DNA of 64,000 bases from Malacoraja senta (Eukaryota), in the NCBI GenBank assembly GCA_038087875.1, contig CM075989.1, positions 13,518,001-13,582,000 on the forward strand. Reading direction: 5' to 3'. A program made the translations under genes and the position numbers. Within the stretch, counting starts at the first letter, position 1. Every line of letters begins with the position of its first letter. Under the pieces are notes generated by a model. It did no database searches. It had not been told where the DNA came from and was given only the letters and a program-made list of their open reading frames with translations. Positions 37,781-50,339 of the stretch are shown here, piece by piece.

Positions 37781-38739
37781 AATGTTGATTGAAGCATGAA
37801 TATTAGCACATTCTGTTGTCCAGAATGATACCATAGAACTGTGATGGGCCCCATTTTAACAACTAATCGAAAGGCAGTAAATTCTTTTGCGATGCTCCCT
37901 TTCAATGTCGGCTTATATTCTTGAATTTGCGTGTCTGGAATGGCAGTTGTGGATGTTTACTAAATGATTGAAGGCTTAAAACCTGCACATGATTGGATGG
38001 AGGATTAATCCTAGTAGTGTTAATGCAGCTGTTGCTATCTTGGATATTTTCTCCATTTCTGAGGCGCTTACTTACAGTATTTCTAACAGTTCTTTTCCAA
38101 TATAATAAACCCTTGTTTTTTACAGAACTCTTTATAACAGATTTTTCTTATAGCGGACTGGCCTATCGACTTATCCTGCCAGACAGGGCTGCTAATGCCA
38201 CCCCAGCCCGTACCATCTACCCAGCCCCTCCTGCCGCTGTACTCATCCTGACCGATCACAGGCTATGCCTGCCTCCAACGCACCACTGCAGTCATCACCA
38301 CCGCCGCTAACACGGCTGTCTATACCACATCCACCATCACCACCACCACTGTAGTTGTCTCAGCTACCATCACCACTGCCGCAGTTGCTGCTGCCACTAC
38401 CACAGCCACCATCACAGTCACCATTGCTGCCACTACAACCGCCGCCACCTCAGTCATCACTACCACGGCTGTCGCTAACACCACCATCATCATCACCACC
38501 ACCACCATCACCATACCGCCAAGCCTTGCCTGGACTCCGGCCGCCCGTGGGCAGTGACCAATGACTGCACCGATCCTCGCCTCTTCCCTGGCCATCATCT
38601 CGGCAAGATTCCGGGTCCAGTTATAGACCGAGACTCTAAAAAATGGTCTGGACCTGAAACATCACCTATCCATGTTCCCCAACACTTTATATCCTTTAGT
38701 GTATTATCCAGCAGAAAGAACTGCAGTGCTGGTTTAAAT

Positions 38740-40045
38740 ACGTCGAACAATCCCTGTTCCAGGCGTACACTGGACCTATCCCCGAGCTCTTCCTCCGCTA
38801 CATTGACAACTGCATTGGTGCTACCTCCTGCACCCATGCAGAACTCACTGACTTCATCAACTTCACCACTAATTTCCATCCTGCACTCAAATTCACTTGG
38901 ACCATCTCCAACATCCCCCTATCATTTCTAGATCTCACCGTCTCCATCACAGGAAACAGACTATTGACTGACATCTACTACAAACCTACTGACTCCCATA
39001 GCTATCTTGATTACACTTCTTCCCACCCTGCTTCCTGTAAAGACTCTATCCCCAACTTCCAATTCCTCCGTCTACTCGGTATCTGCGCCCAGGATGAGGT
39101 GTTCCATACCAGGTCATCGGAGATGTTGTCATTCTTTAGGAAACGAGGGTTCCCCTCTTCCATTATAGATGAGGCTCTCACTAGAGTCTCCTCGATATCC
39201 CGGAGCTACACTCTTACTCCCCCTCCTCCCATTCGTAACAAGGACAGAGTCCCCCTAGTCCTCACCTTCCACCCCATGAGCTGTCGCATACAGCATATAA
39301 TCGTCCACCATTTTCGCCACCTCCAACAGGATCCCACTACTGGCCACATCTCCCCATCTCCACCCCTTTCTGCTTTCTGCTTTCCGCATAGACCGTTCCC
39401 TCCCTGGTCAACTCGTCCCTTCCAACCCAAACCATCCCCTCTCCAGGTACTTCCTCTTGCAACCGCAGGAGATGTAACACCTGTCCCTATACCTCCCCCC
39501 TCGACTCCGTCCAAGGACCCTGACAGTCTTTTCAGGTGGGGCAGAGTTTCACTTGTACCTCCTCCAACCTCATCTACTGTATCCGCTGTTTCAGGTGGGG
39601 ACTCCTATATATCATCAAGACCAAGCGCTGGCTCGCCGATTGTTTCACTGAACACCTACGCTCAGTCCGTCTTAACGTACCTGATCTCCCGGTGGCCCAG
39701 CACCTCAACTCACCCTCCCATTCCCAATCTGACCTTTCTGTCCTGGGCCTCCTCCATTGTCAGAGTGAGGCCCAGCGCAAACAGCACCTCATATTTCGCT
39801 TGGGTAGTTTACACCCCAGCGGTTTGAACATTGACCTCTCCAGCTTCAGATAGCCCTTGCTTTCTCTCTCCATCCCCTTCCCCATCCCAGTTTTCCCACT
39901 AGTCATACTGTCTCCGACTACATTATATCTTTATCCCGCCCCCTCCCCTGACATCAGTCTGAAGAAGGGTCTCGACCCGAAACGTCGGCCATTCCTTTTT
40001 TTCCAGAGATGCTGCCTCACGCATTTACTCCAGCATTTTGTGTCA
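38740..40045 (+). mobile_element. 5'-truncated Penelope-like retroelement (RT C-terminus, GIY-YIG endonuclease, terminal repeat)
   Basis: FLRYIDN; HPALKFT; FLDL; DIYYKPTDSHSYL...SSHP; FTCTSSNLIYCIRC...LLYI...EHLRSV. Frameshifted. Confidence 0.92.
39950..39992 (+). ncRNA. Minimal hammerhead ribozyme motif in the Penelope terminal repeat
   Basis: CTGAAGA (39959-39965), A, GGGTC-TC-GACCC stem II, GAAAC, then GTC triplet (39984-39986). Stem I is weak. Confidence 0.6.
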
Positions 40046-43000
40046 ACCAGCAACTGTAGTTGTTTGTTTCTACTATTTATACAATGAGAATCCATTACTC
40101 GGTTATAGCGAACATTTGGCAATAACGGACACTACCTCCCCCGACATGATCCGTTACAACGAGGATTTATTGTATACTAATTCCTAATTTGCACGGTTTT
40201 TCCTCTTGCTTTTTGTTCCTGATTAGCTGTTGCCTATTTCCTCACATGGTAATCTTTCTGAACTCACTGCTCTTATTTAGATCACTGACATCACAGTTGT
40301 TTTGTGTAAACAGGTAAATGTTATTATGCCTCTATATCTGGTATAGTTGGGTTGTGATGTTGCCTGGCATACTGCGTATCCATAATTCATGTACCCCGGA
40401 TGGCACGGTCCTGTTTGTCCAATAAAAAGGTATATAAAAATGGATTCCGATTTCTAATAATGAGTGAAATAAGATCTGTTCATGTGACGGAACAATAAAA
40501 GCACAGAGATACATATTAACACCATTGAAATACGAATGATTGTATTTTTGCTTTTGGAAGGTACTGACCATCTACTCTGTTGTGACTTGATGATTGGAAT
40601 TGTTGAATGTTTGAGAGATTTAGTATCTTAGTTAAGCACAAACTTGCTGTCCTTCAAGCTGACAGTTTCCATCCTGATGTAATCCACATTTTAATCAATT
40701 GCTGGATTAGAGTATTGGTCGATATTTATCTGCTGCGGACAGATGCAGCAAACTACCTTTTATCTGCAGTGTTGCTGTTATGCTTGTGGAATAAGCTGTT
40801 CTGTCTAAATTACTGGGAGTCTGTAGACATCACAGACATTTGTTGAGCAATATGTGGCTACTGTCGAAAAGCAAAGGTGTGAGGCTGATTAGTTTGGAAT
40901 TGATTAATCTGCAGTGAAAGGTCAGCTAGGACAGGGATAATCATCTGTTTAGTGTCTCCACTTTAGAGGAGACCATATAGAGGAGACCACATTGTAAACA
41001 TAATGTACCACCATAGATTGAATAAATTACTGCTTCACCTGGAAAAACTATTTGGATCTGTTCATGTTGGGAAGGAAAGAGGTGGAAGAACAGGTAGTGC
41101 ACCTCCTGCAGTGGCATGAAGATGTCACAGGATAGAGTAGTGGATGGGGATGGAAGAGTATACCAGCGAATCACGAGTTCAAAATGGTGGAAGGGAAGGG
41201 AGGGGAATTTATATCTGATAGTCATCTTATGATGACATTTGTGTAATATGATCCATTGATTGCAGATGTTAATGGGGTAGAAGGTAAAGATCAGAGAAGA
41301 TCCCTTCATGCTCTATCCAGGATGAGAGCAGAGCTGTGGTCAATGGATGAGTTGTGGTCATGTATCTGTTTACTGTCCTGGTTCAGAAAGAAGCTAGACA
41401 TTTCAAATGTACTTGTGCTAAAGGTCTGGAGCAATTATTGGAGCAAATCGAATGAGACAAAGTAACCGGCAAAATGGAATAGAGTTCTTCAGGAGATAAG
41501 GTGGGAGGAAATATAGTGAAGGCATTCATTGGAGTCTATATCCCAGATCATCACGCAAAAACCCTCTTTCCCTCCCACCCCTCCATCGACTCCGTCTATA
41601 CTTTGCACCCCAGATGCACTTCCCCCTGCAGGTTCCCCCCCGAGTTGCGCCTCCCTGACCTGGAAATGCTTTGCCCTTTCTTCCTGGAACACAATTCCCA
41701 ACAGTATTTCACAGACAGGTTGAAGACAGTGGCAATTATTTTGGTTTTAGTCTTATTACCATACATGAGGTGGTTCATAAGAGAGAGTATACAAAGTGCA
41801 GAATATGGTGACATAGCTAGAAAAATAACATTGTTGGTAATTCTGATGGTCTTAGAATTGAAATGTAAGAGTAGAACGATTGTAACACATGTAAGTAGAT
41901 CCGCTTGGGCTACCACACAAAGAATCGCCATCCATCTTGGATCCTGGGCAATAAATACTGAACGTGCCAGTGAGGCTTGGATCCAGGAAAAAAAATGAAT
42001 AAAACATCTCTTCCAAATAAATTCAAAAAGACTAAATTTATTACGTTTGTTCAGAATTACAAGCTTTGTTCCTTTGCCAATCGCATTGTATTTGGCTGGC
42101 ACGAACCAGAATCTGAACCAGATTGTTTGCAGTTTTGTGTTGCGTTTAATCCCAAGTTGAATAGTGGACCTCGACACCATGCTCTACAACCTGCTTTGCC
42201 TGTGTTTTGTTGAAACCCATTCATAACTTTGTTACCTTTTTAAAAGCAGTACACTTGGCTATTCTCCCTCATGATACCTCTGCAAACCCAAGATCATCCC
42301 AAAGTCTTGTGCCAGTATTCAAATTGTTGCAAGACTTGTTTGTGTAGTCTTTTTTAATTTTTTTAATTTTTTAGGACTATTTTCAGATTAAAAATTATCA
42401 TTTGGTGCAAGATTGCATGACGAATCACAGGATGTGCTGTAGTCCCAGCTGAAGTCTAAGTGAACAGCATGCAACTGATTCAAGGTTAAGGACATAATCG
42501 TGTTAAACATGGGATTGTCTATTAATCTGATTAAGAAGGGAGAAATTCAGAAGGTGAACTTGTGAAGAGTAAATGGTAGGTTAGATTTCTGTTTTTGCAA
42601 TGTTATTTGCCTTGGCTATAAGAATATTCTGTGTACATTATGTGGAAAAAGTTTTTAAAACTGTTTTGCTACATTGCAGTTTATCAGGTGCAGATTACAA
42701 ATAGTGTTCATCTTTTTAAATTTGCAGGAGACTGTATAATGTTCTTGGGCATCCCTGACGGTTGAGTATTTCTTGTTGCCAGTCCTGTGGGCTCTGAGAT
42801 GGCTGCAGAAGCCTTTTGTGGGAGCTACAGAAAATGTCACAGGTGGATCAGGATTTACACAACTGATGTGGGTAGTTTGGGTATTGTTTCACTCCTCCAC
42901 GTTTTATACTAGACTGTGTTCTTATAAGCTCAAGATTGTCAATGCTATCCTAAATGCTCCTTGTGGTTTATAGATTCTTAGAAGTTGGAACGACTGTTGT

Positions 43001-44503
43001 GCCTTTGACACTGATTTAAGAGCTTCCTTGAGCCTTTACCGTTGCCCACATGGTAATTTCTTGTTATGATGAAAGTTGGAGTAGGGTGCATTCTTTTGGA
43101 CTTGGGTGTCACATACCCAAATGACATTGTCTGCCATCTGAGACAACAGTCATTTAGAGTCCGGACATTGGAGAATGTTATCTTGGGGAAGCTGGCTTGC
43201 TTATCCTTCCAGTTGACCTGGAGGAATCTGTGGTCATTTTTAAAATTCTGTTTGAAATATTTGTTCATGTGTATTTGTTGTCTGTGAAACTACAATTCCT
43301 ATGGTCACTAATATCCCCACTATCTGCTATTAAGCAGCACATCTTCCTGACTGTGTGAAAGCTACTATATTACGCATATTCTTTCCTTCCATCCCTGTTC
43401 CCGCTTTTACACTGGAAACTACCTGTGTATCTTTGTGCCTGGAATTCTGTAAACTACAAATCAAGTTTCCACAAGCTACTTAAAATGCTGCTGTAATATA
43501 TGCCGTTTGCAGTTTATGTTCAAAATGATGACATAGACAAAATTAATTGGAACAAAATAAAATGCAGATGCCGTTTGGCCCATTGCGTTCATCTTGGTTT
43601 CAAAAGCTGCTCAGTCTAATCCTACCTTCCAGCACCTGGTCAGTCACTCTGCAGGCCGAGACGTTGCCACGCACATCAAATACTTCTGAGAAGTGAAGAA
43701 CGTGTTTTTCATCTCCACTTTTTCAGGCAGAGAATTTGGGACCGTCTCAGTGGTGGAAATCATTGTCCCTGTATTTTTTTTGTTTATTTTACTGTAACAA
43801 AAACAAATTGCTGGAGGATTTGTCAAGTCAAAGATATGGTCAACGATGCAGCTCAAACCCTGCATCAGGACTGAGAGTAAAGAGGGGGGAAATAGCCTGT
43901 AAAAAGAGGTGAGAGGGAGTGGTGAAACAGGGGGCCAGTGGGTGATAGGTGGAAGGAGAAATATGATGAGCAGATGGAGCCAAATGGTGGAGGGATAGCG
44001 GGTAATATAGAGATCGAGGCTGGCAGGTAACAGGTTGAATGGATAAGGAAAAAAAACAAGCACATTGGAGGGGGGAAGGGAAGGCCAAGTGAGGAGAAGC
44101 CCAGGTGGATTGGTGCGTGTGAAGGGCAGACAGATAGTTCAGGGGGGTAAAAATGTTGGAAATAGGCCACATGGTCAATTCTTGTACTGTAAAAAAAATT
44201 ATTACACACCATACACTCAAGTGTTAATTAATAATAGTATAATTAATAATAGTAAATTGATAATAATCATTAAAATCAAAGGCCTGGCTACTAGGCTCTG
44301 AAATCTTATTTGTAGCAAACTTCCTGTCAAAAAATAAATTAGTTGAGGTGGATTTGTTAACCAATTCTACATTGTTAACAAGAATAACAAAAATCCCACT
44401 GCAGAAAAAAATAATGTCAAACATCTTGAGGACCCTGCAAAAATATTTCTCCATCAGCTCCCCACAGACAATCTGATGTATCTTAATCAACACGAGCTAC
44501 AAT

Positions 44504-45542
44504 TAGCAATGTTACAAAATTTTGAGATTTTAAAAATAAAGTCTCCAATTTATCCCATCAGATAAAGCATAAAAAGAAGTTTAATTTGACACCTAATTCA
44601 CTTTCATATCTTCAGTATTAAAGAAGTTATGGCCATTTTCATACTCGGAAATTAGCATCTTGTTCCCTATTGCTTTTCCATTGACTTAACACAAAAGCTG
44701 TGATCGAGGACAGTCAAAAGCCCATAACTTTCTTAAAAATTAAGATAACTGAAAGAAATTTTCAGTTATTATAGATTGAAGCATTCTGAAACAAATATGA
44801 AACAATCTTACTTAGAAGACATGAAAGTAAAGCATATAATTAGTTAATTACCTAATTGTAGCTAATTACAAAATTCAATTACTAGATCTAAACATCTATC
44901 AATTTCTTAAGAATAGATTAACATTTTTAAATAGCCTGTGTCCAAATAACATTCACACAATAATTCACAATATAACATAATTTTTAAATCTCATTTTCAT
45001 GAATTTACAGGCCAAATGGAAGGAATTGAATGTTTAATACCTGTAAATTAATGGGCATTTAAATCATCTTGTGAGTGAGGATTTCTGGAACGCGATCTTT
45101 TGGAAGGTTCATTTGCGGTGAATTTAACCCCGTATTGGCATGAAAAATACTGCCGTTAGTTCAGGGAATAAAATCACCGTTTCACATGAAAAAATGTGAA
45201 TTAAAGGCTTCTTAAGAAGCACTTTTATACATTTAAAGAAACCACTTTCGTTTACCTGTCCCGTGTGTGAAATCCGTCCCCGTTATCGGCATTGACGCTT
45301 CAGGAGCTGCTTTTAAAATTACTCCAGCGCTGACATTGACGATTTAATAAAAATAAAAAATTCACAAAACGCCCCTAGGAACGATTTTTCAGCAAACGCT
45401 TGTACTCCAACGAAATATAATTCAGGACAAGGGAGGAGAAGCCGCGTTTTAACCCCGCCCCCCCCTTAAAGGCGCCAAAATCACGCACACGGCCAGTGAC
45501 AGAATTACAGCGCGACTGAAGGTAAGTTTTGTAACATACCTA
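44504..45542. mobile_element. Non-autonomous TIR DNA transposon (hAT-like) with 7-bp TSD
   Basis: Ends TAGCAATGTTACAAAA and TTTTGTAACATACCTA, flanked by CTACAAT on both sides (44497-44503 and 45543-45549). Confidence 0.8.
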
Positions 45543-45625
45543 CTACAATGTCCACTGTTAATAGCCCCTATGATATGATTCACGGCTTCCGCGCAGGATA
45601 CCCAGGAACTAATTGTAAATGTAAA

Positions 45626-46716
45626 CTAGACTAAGTGGGACCCGTTGGGTCCCTGTCACATGGGAGGCCTGGCCCCCAATGCAATCCGGTCCTCCAACGC
45701 AATATTCCACCACTCACCCGGAGACCCCCCAACTGCGCAGGCGTGGCTCATTTCCCCTCATTCCCCCAGCATTCCACCCTCCTCCTCTTCACCCTCCCTC
45801 TTTCCCCTCTCCTCCACCCCTCCCCAATCTCTCACTCCATCCATCTCCTTTCCCCTAGCCTTAGTTTCACCCTCCCTCCCTCCATAACTCCTCTCCCCTC
45901 CCTACCCCCTCCTATCCCTCTATCCCCCCACTATCCCTCCTCACCTCCCTCCTCTCCCTCTATTCCCCCTCCTCACCTCCTCCCTCTTCCTTCTCCTCTG
46001 CTACCCTCCCCAATTCCTCCCTCACCTCTCCTTTCCCCTACCCTCAGTCACTCCCTCCCTCCATAATTCCTCTCCCCTGTCTACCCCCTCCTCTCCCTCT
46101 ATCCCTCTCCTCCCCCACATCTTCCTCCTCACCTCCCCCACTTTACCCTCCCTCCCTCCCCCTCCCTACGACTTCCTCTCCCTCAATCTCCCCACTCTTC
46201 CTTCTCACCTCCCCAGGATCTCGTGGTTGCCGCTCCTCTCCCTTCTTGCGTACCCTGGAGGAGCATCAGCCGTCAGCGCCCTCAGAGCCAGGCTCAACGG
46301 CCAGGCCTCGGGATCCCCGGCAGGAAGGCCGCACCAGCAGGTGGGCCGCGCCGGCAGGCAGGTGGGTCACGCTGGCAGGGAGGGAGCCGCACCGGCAGGG
46401 AGTGGGGCCGCGGCCGGTGACTGATAACGGAGGCGGCCAATCAGTGCGGCAATGGTGCTGGAAGGGGCATCGCCATCCCGGCCGTGACTGACAGGAGAGG
46501 AGACCAATCTGCGCATGTGCAGTTTTAAAGATTATTAAACCTTAATAACCTTTAAAATATACCACCGATCGGAACATAACTTGGTGCATTTGCAGCACAG
46601 GACAACAGTGAGGAAGGTGGTGAAAAATCGTAGCGCTATGGCGTACCGTTTTTGCGCAAATGTAAAATCAACGCAAACCGGAAGATAACAAGATGAGGGT
46701 TTTAGTTATGTATCGA
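45626..46716 (-). mobile_element. Non-autonomous Helitron-like element
   Basis: Minus strand A|TC...GGGACCCAACGGGTCCC hairpin ACTTAGTCTAG|T. Inserted at an AT dinucleotide with no TSD; internal CT-rich tract. Confidence 0.8.
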
Positions 46717-46879
46717 TGGGTGGATTGTTTTGGACTGGATTATTATGGCTCAAGGATGGCGGTGTGGGTAGGGGAAATCTCTATGCATCTGATAGCCAAT
46801 CTGTAACAATATAATGACTTCATAAAAATGATAGTGGGTGGAAAGGGCACAAGAGATCAAGTATCCAGCCAATATCCAT

Positions 46880-49340
46880 GGCATGCCTGGATGCTTCAGC
46901 ACTTTTATAACCCTAACTCCCAAAGGCTTTATTTGCTGAGTGCTGACAATGGAGGAGAACTTAACACCAAAAAGGCAGTCTGCATCTTTTGAGAGAAACA
47001 TTATGAAGTTCTCTTGAAGCAAACTTTCCATTTTGATATATGTTGTGGGATGGATCAAGGATCAAGTTATCTGCTGAAACCTTAGGACAGCCTTGGCCTG
47101 GTGATTCAACTGTTGTAAAATAAACCCCTTGGATCTGATGAAATTGCTGCTGAACTATTCAAACTTGATCGAGAAGTATTTCAGTGAAAGATTCATGACC
47201 TCATCTGGAAAGGGGATTGCATGCCAGGATTCTGGTGACACCATAATTGTGATTTCAGGAGAATGCCAATTCAATTAAAGGGTTCTGCTTCTCAATTTCC
47301 GAAGTTACATAAGTGGTTATCTAGTTCCCAATTGAAATTGCGTTATAACTCATTCGGACAGCGTTCCTAAATTCATCAATTGTTTTATATCCAATTTGCG
47401 GTATAAAAGTGTACGTTATAGCAGAACTAAATGTAGTTTTACAGTTCATCTATCCAAGTTTGTTGGGTGTATTTAGTGACGTACCAAATCTCTAAATTTC
47501 TAAGTAAAGCCGCTGGTGTGCCTTTATCGTGATTATATCTACCACTGGGACCCAGACAGGTTGTGAATTTATTAACTGCCAGGAATTTGAAGCTTCTAAC
47601 TCTCTCCACCGCCTGACACACCAATAAAAACAGACCTATTTCTGGTGAAGATTAGGGGTCAAGCTATCATCAATCTTCCTATTTGTTCCTAGCTAGCTTC
47701 CTGCTGGAATGAAATTCTTCTTTCTGCAAGATCAACAGGAAATGGATCAATGTTGTTTCTAGCCCAATATTGATTTACAGTATGCAGACAAATTTCCAAG
47801 TGATTGTTGATCCTTTGCTGATGTATACAAAAGTGTGCAGTGCACTAAACCAGTGCTTCTTAAACTATTTCACTGTCATTCACCCTTGAGTCTTTATCAC
47901 AAAATTTAATTCACCCTCGACTACATTTTCTTATGTTTTTTGGTAATTTTCGTCTTATTCTCCCTTGTGTATAATTTTATATATAATTTATTTTGTCACA
48001 TGAGCAAAAAACATAAATTAACTAATTTCATGAGTTTATTTTATTCAACTTTTTAAACATCCTAAAAATATGTAAAGAAAACTAGTAGTGAAAAAAAAAG
48101 TTTAATTACCACTGGAGTTGGAAAATCATTCTATTAGAATGATTTAAAAAAACATTCCAACGTCTAAACACTGGGCTTCAGCCCCATCCTACCCTTTCGG
48201 GCTTTGATTATTGCAGTTTTTTTCTTGGAAAACTAGTTCAAAAAACCATTTGTATGCGATTTGATATATTAGTATCCAACTAATATAACGTTCTATAACT
48301 CCCTCCGACGAAAGCTCACAATACCACCAAATATCAACTTTGGTAGCTAAATTGCTACACAAAGTAAAGTTACAGTTCAACAGTTGCCTATGGCGATCCT
48401 CCAGTGTTGCCATTTATAAATTTATGATCCCACTAGCTCATCTGGTCTTCCCTAAAAGGTTATATTACAGTAAATTTGGGAAATATCCTGCTACTTTGAA
48501 ATTAGAAAACCATAGGCAGAGAGAAAAAAAACATATCAAATTTCCAGTTCCACTGCCATTAAAACCAATAAGAGCTTACTAACCACTTTAATGGCAATGC
48601 CTTTTTTAAGTATAGAAAAATGTATATAAATATCTGAATAAATTAAGTCATTCACCATTCATTCACCGCTCTAGTTTAATTCACCCCAAAATAATTTCAT
48701 TCGCCCTTGGGTGAACCATTCACCAGTTTAAGAAGCACTGCACTAAACTTCCAGACACAAAGTCTTTGCCATATTCTACAGCCGCCGACACAATTCACCC
48801 TCCCAAATCCTCACCCTCTGATTTTCAAGAACCCACAATAAGACGCTGGGGAAATGTGGAACTTTTCCTGTACTGAGAAGCCAAATAAAAGTGGTGAAGC
48901 TTGCCGCTACTGAAACCTCAAACCTTGTCTTCAACTTGTGGTTTACATGCCAGCACACCAGAATCTGAAGGAAAACATGCATCAGGGCAAGATACTTTAC
49001 ATAGAAAATACTTTTGATTTCAAACTCATTTTTTCAAAACAACTTTGCAACCAATGGTCTATGGACATGCAAAGCATTGAAAGAGCATCTAAACAATCCC
49101 AAGTCTCCATGATGGGAGCACTGAGCTTTGACCAAGTAGCAGAGCATAACATCCATCCACCCCATCCCTTCAAACACCTACTCCTGCCTCTCTCCAACTC
49201 AGTGGCAGAATCTGCAGATAGTCTACACAGAAAGTCTGAGTCACTTCAGAACCCACAGAAGAGGGGTGGAAGTAAGAACATTCTCAGCCCTGAGGGACTG
49301 CCTAAGAAAATGTTGTACTGATGGATTTAATATGTGATGC
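46880..49340 (+). mobile_element. Ancient RTE-like LINE remnant interrupted by younger elements
   Basis: Degenerate DEIAAELFK, LQYAD and FPYL-type motifs in several frames. Boundaries approximate. Confidence 0.4.
47851..48740. mobile_element. Non-autonomous hAT (Charlie-like) DNA transposon
   Basis: Perfect 16-bp TIR CAGTGCTTCTTAAACT and perfect 8-bp TSD CACTAAAC (47843-47850 and 48741-48748). Confidence 0.92.
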
Positions 49341-50339
49341 ACAACAATCTAGTCCTGTGCTTCAAGCAACAAATGTCACAATGATCTGTTTAATGAGTAT
49401 AGAAAAGATCAGAGTGCATTAACTGAAGAATCGAGCCATTCAGAATCCATTCGTTCAATAAAACCATTGTTATCACTGTCTCTGGAAGCACTTTCAAACA
49501 GAAATGTATCAAATTCATTGAGTACGCGACGACAGGGTGACAGTGACGCAGTAAAGCTCAATTTGAAGCAGGCAAATCTGTTTAGAGCTATAATTTGATG
49601 AATAATTCAGAAGAATTCCAGAATTATAGCACTGAATTGGGCCAATCAGCCAAGTAAGCTAGTTACAACTTCATCATTTGTACACGAATTCACTGCCTCG
49701 GTAACCTCTGGAGTCCTTAGAGATGCCTAAATTCTATTTCCATTTCTATGTGAATGTCTTTTATATTCCTTCCTGTTTTGTTCATTGCCTTAAGTTAAAA
49801 CATTCCCATCCTTATCGAAACATTTATTTTATAGCCCTCTTGAGAGACTTCTTGTGGGAGCTGCAAAACTGTAGCAGTTGGTCATAAATGCTCTATCCAA
49901 CATTCCACATGATCTATGTTCATCTGTATCCTAGGATAACCATCCTCGCTATCTAAACTCCACCAATCTTCGAAGCAACAGCAAACATAATTATCAGACC
50001 ATAGTCTTACAGCGCGGAAACAAGCCCTTTGGTTCAACTTGGCTTTTGTGATCAAGATGTTCATCTACACTAATTCCAATTTTCTTCATTTAGCCCATAT
50101 TCATTTCCAGTACTTGTACCTGTCCAAATGCATTCTAAATGTTGTGATTGTACCTGCCTCTATGACTATTACTTCCTTTGGCAGCTTCCATATACGTCTT
50201 GGAAACACTATTGACTATCTAGCCCATCTATGTCCCAAATAGTTTGAGACCTCTGAGGTTTCACCTCTGCCTCCTGTGCTCCAGTGAGAACAATCCCAAC
50301 CGATCAAATCTCTCCATGTAATTAAAGCTCTCCCATTCC

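Larger units (their letters stand above)
38103..40172. mobile_element. Putative Tc1/mariner (pogo/Tigger-like) non-autonomous element split by a Penelope insertion
   Basis: Imperfect TIRs TA|TAATAAACCCTTGTT and AACGAGGATTTATTG|TA, with TTATAGCG/TATAAC subterminal motifs at both ends. Confidence 0.45.

Noticed and set aside
38320..38598. Val/Ala/Met-rich hydrophobic ORF
   Set aside because: Translation of a degenerate ACC/CAC trinucleotide tract.
41501..42180. Overlapping 165-aa and 194-aa ORFs with hydrophobic stretches
   Set aside because: No recognisable domain or convincing exon structure, and partly adjacent to decayed repeat. Unsupported without a search.
45635..46491. Pro/Ser/Leu-rich ORFs
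   Set aside because: CT-rich interior of a Helitron-like element.
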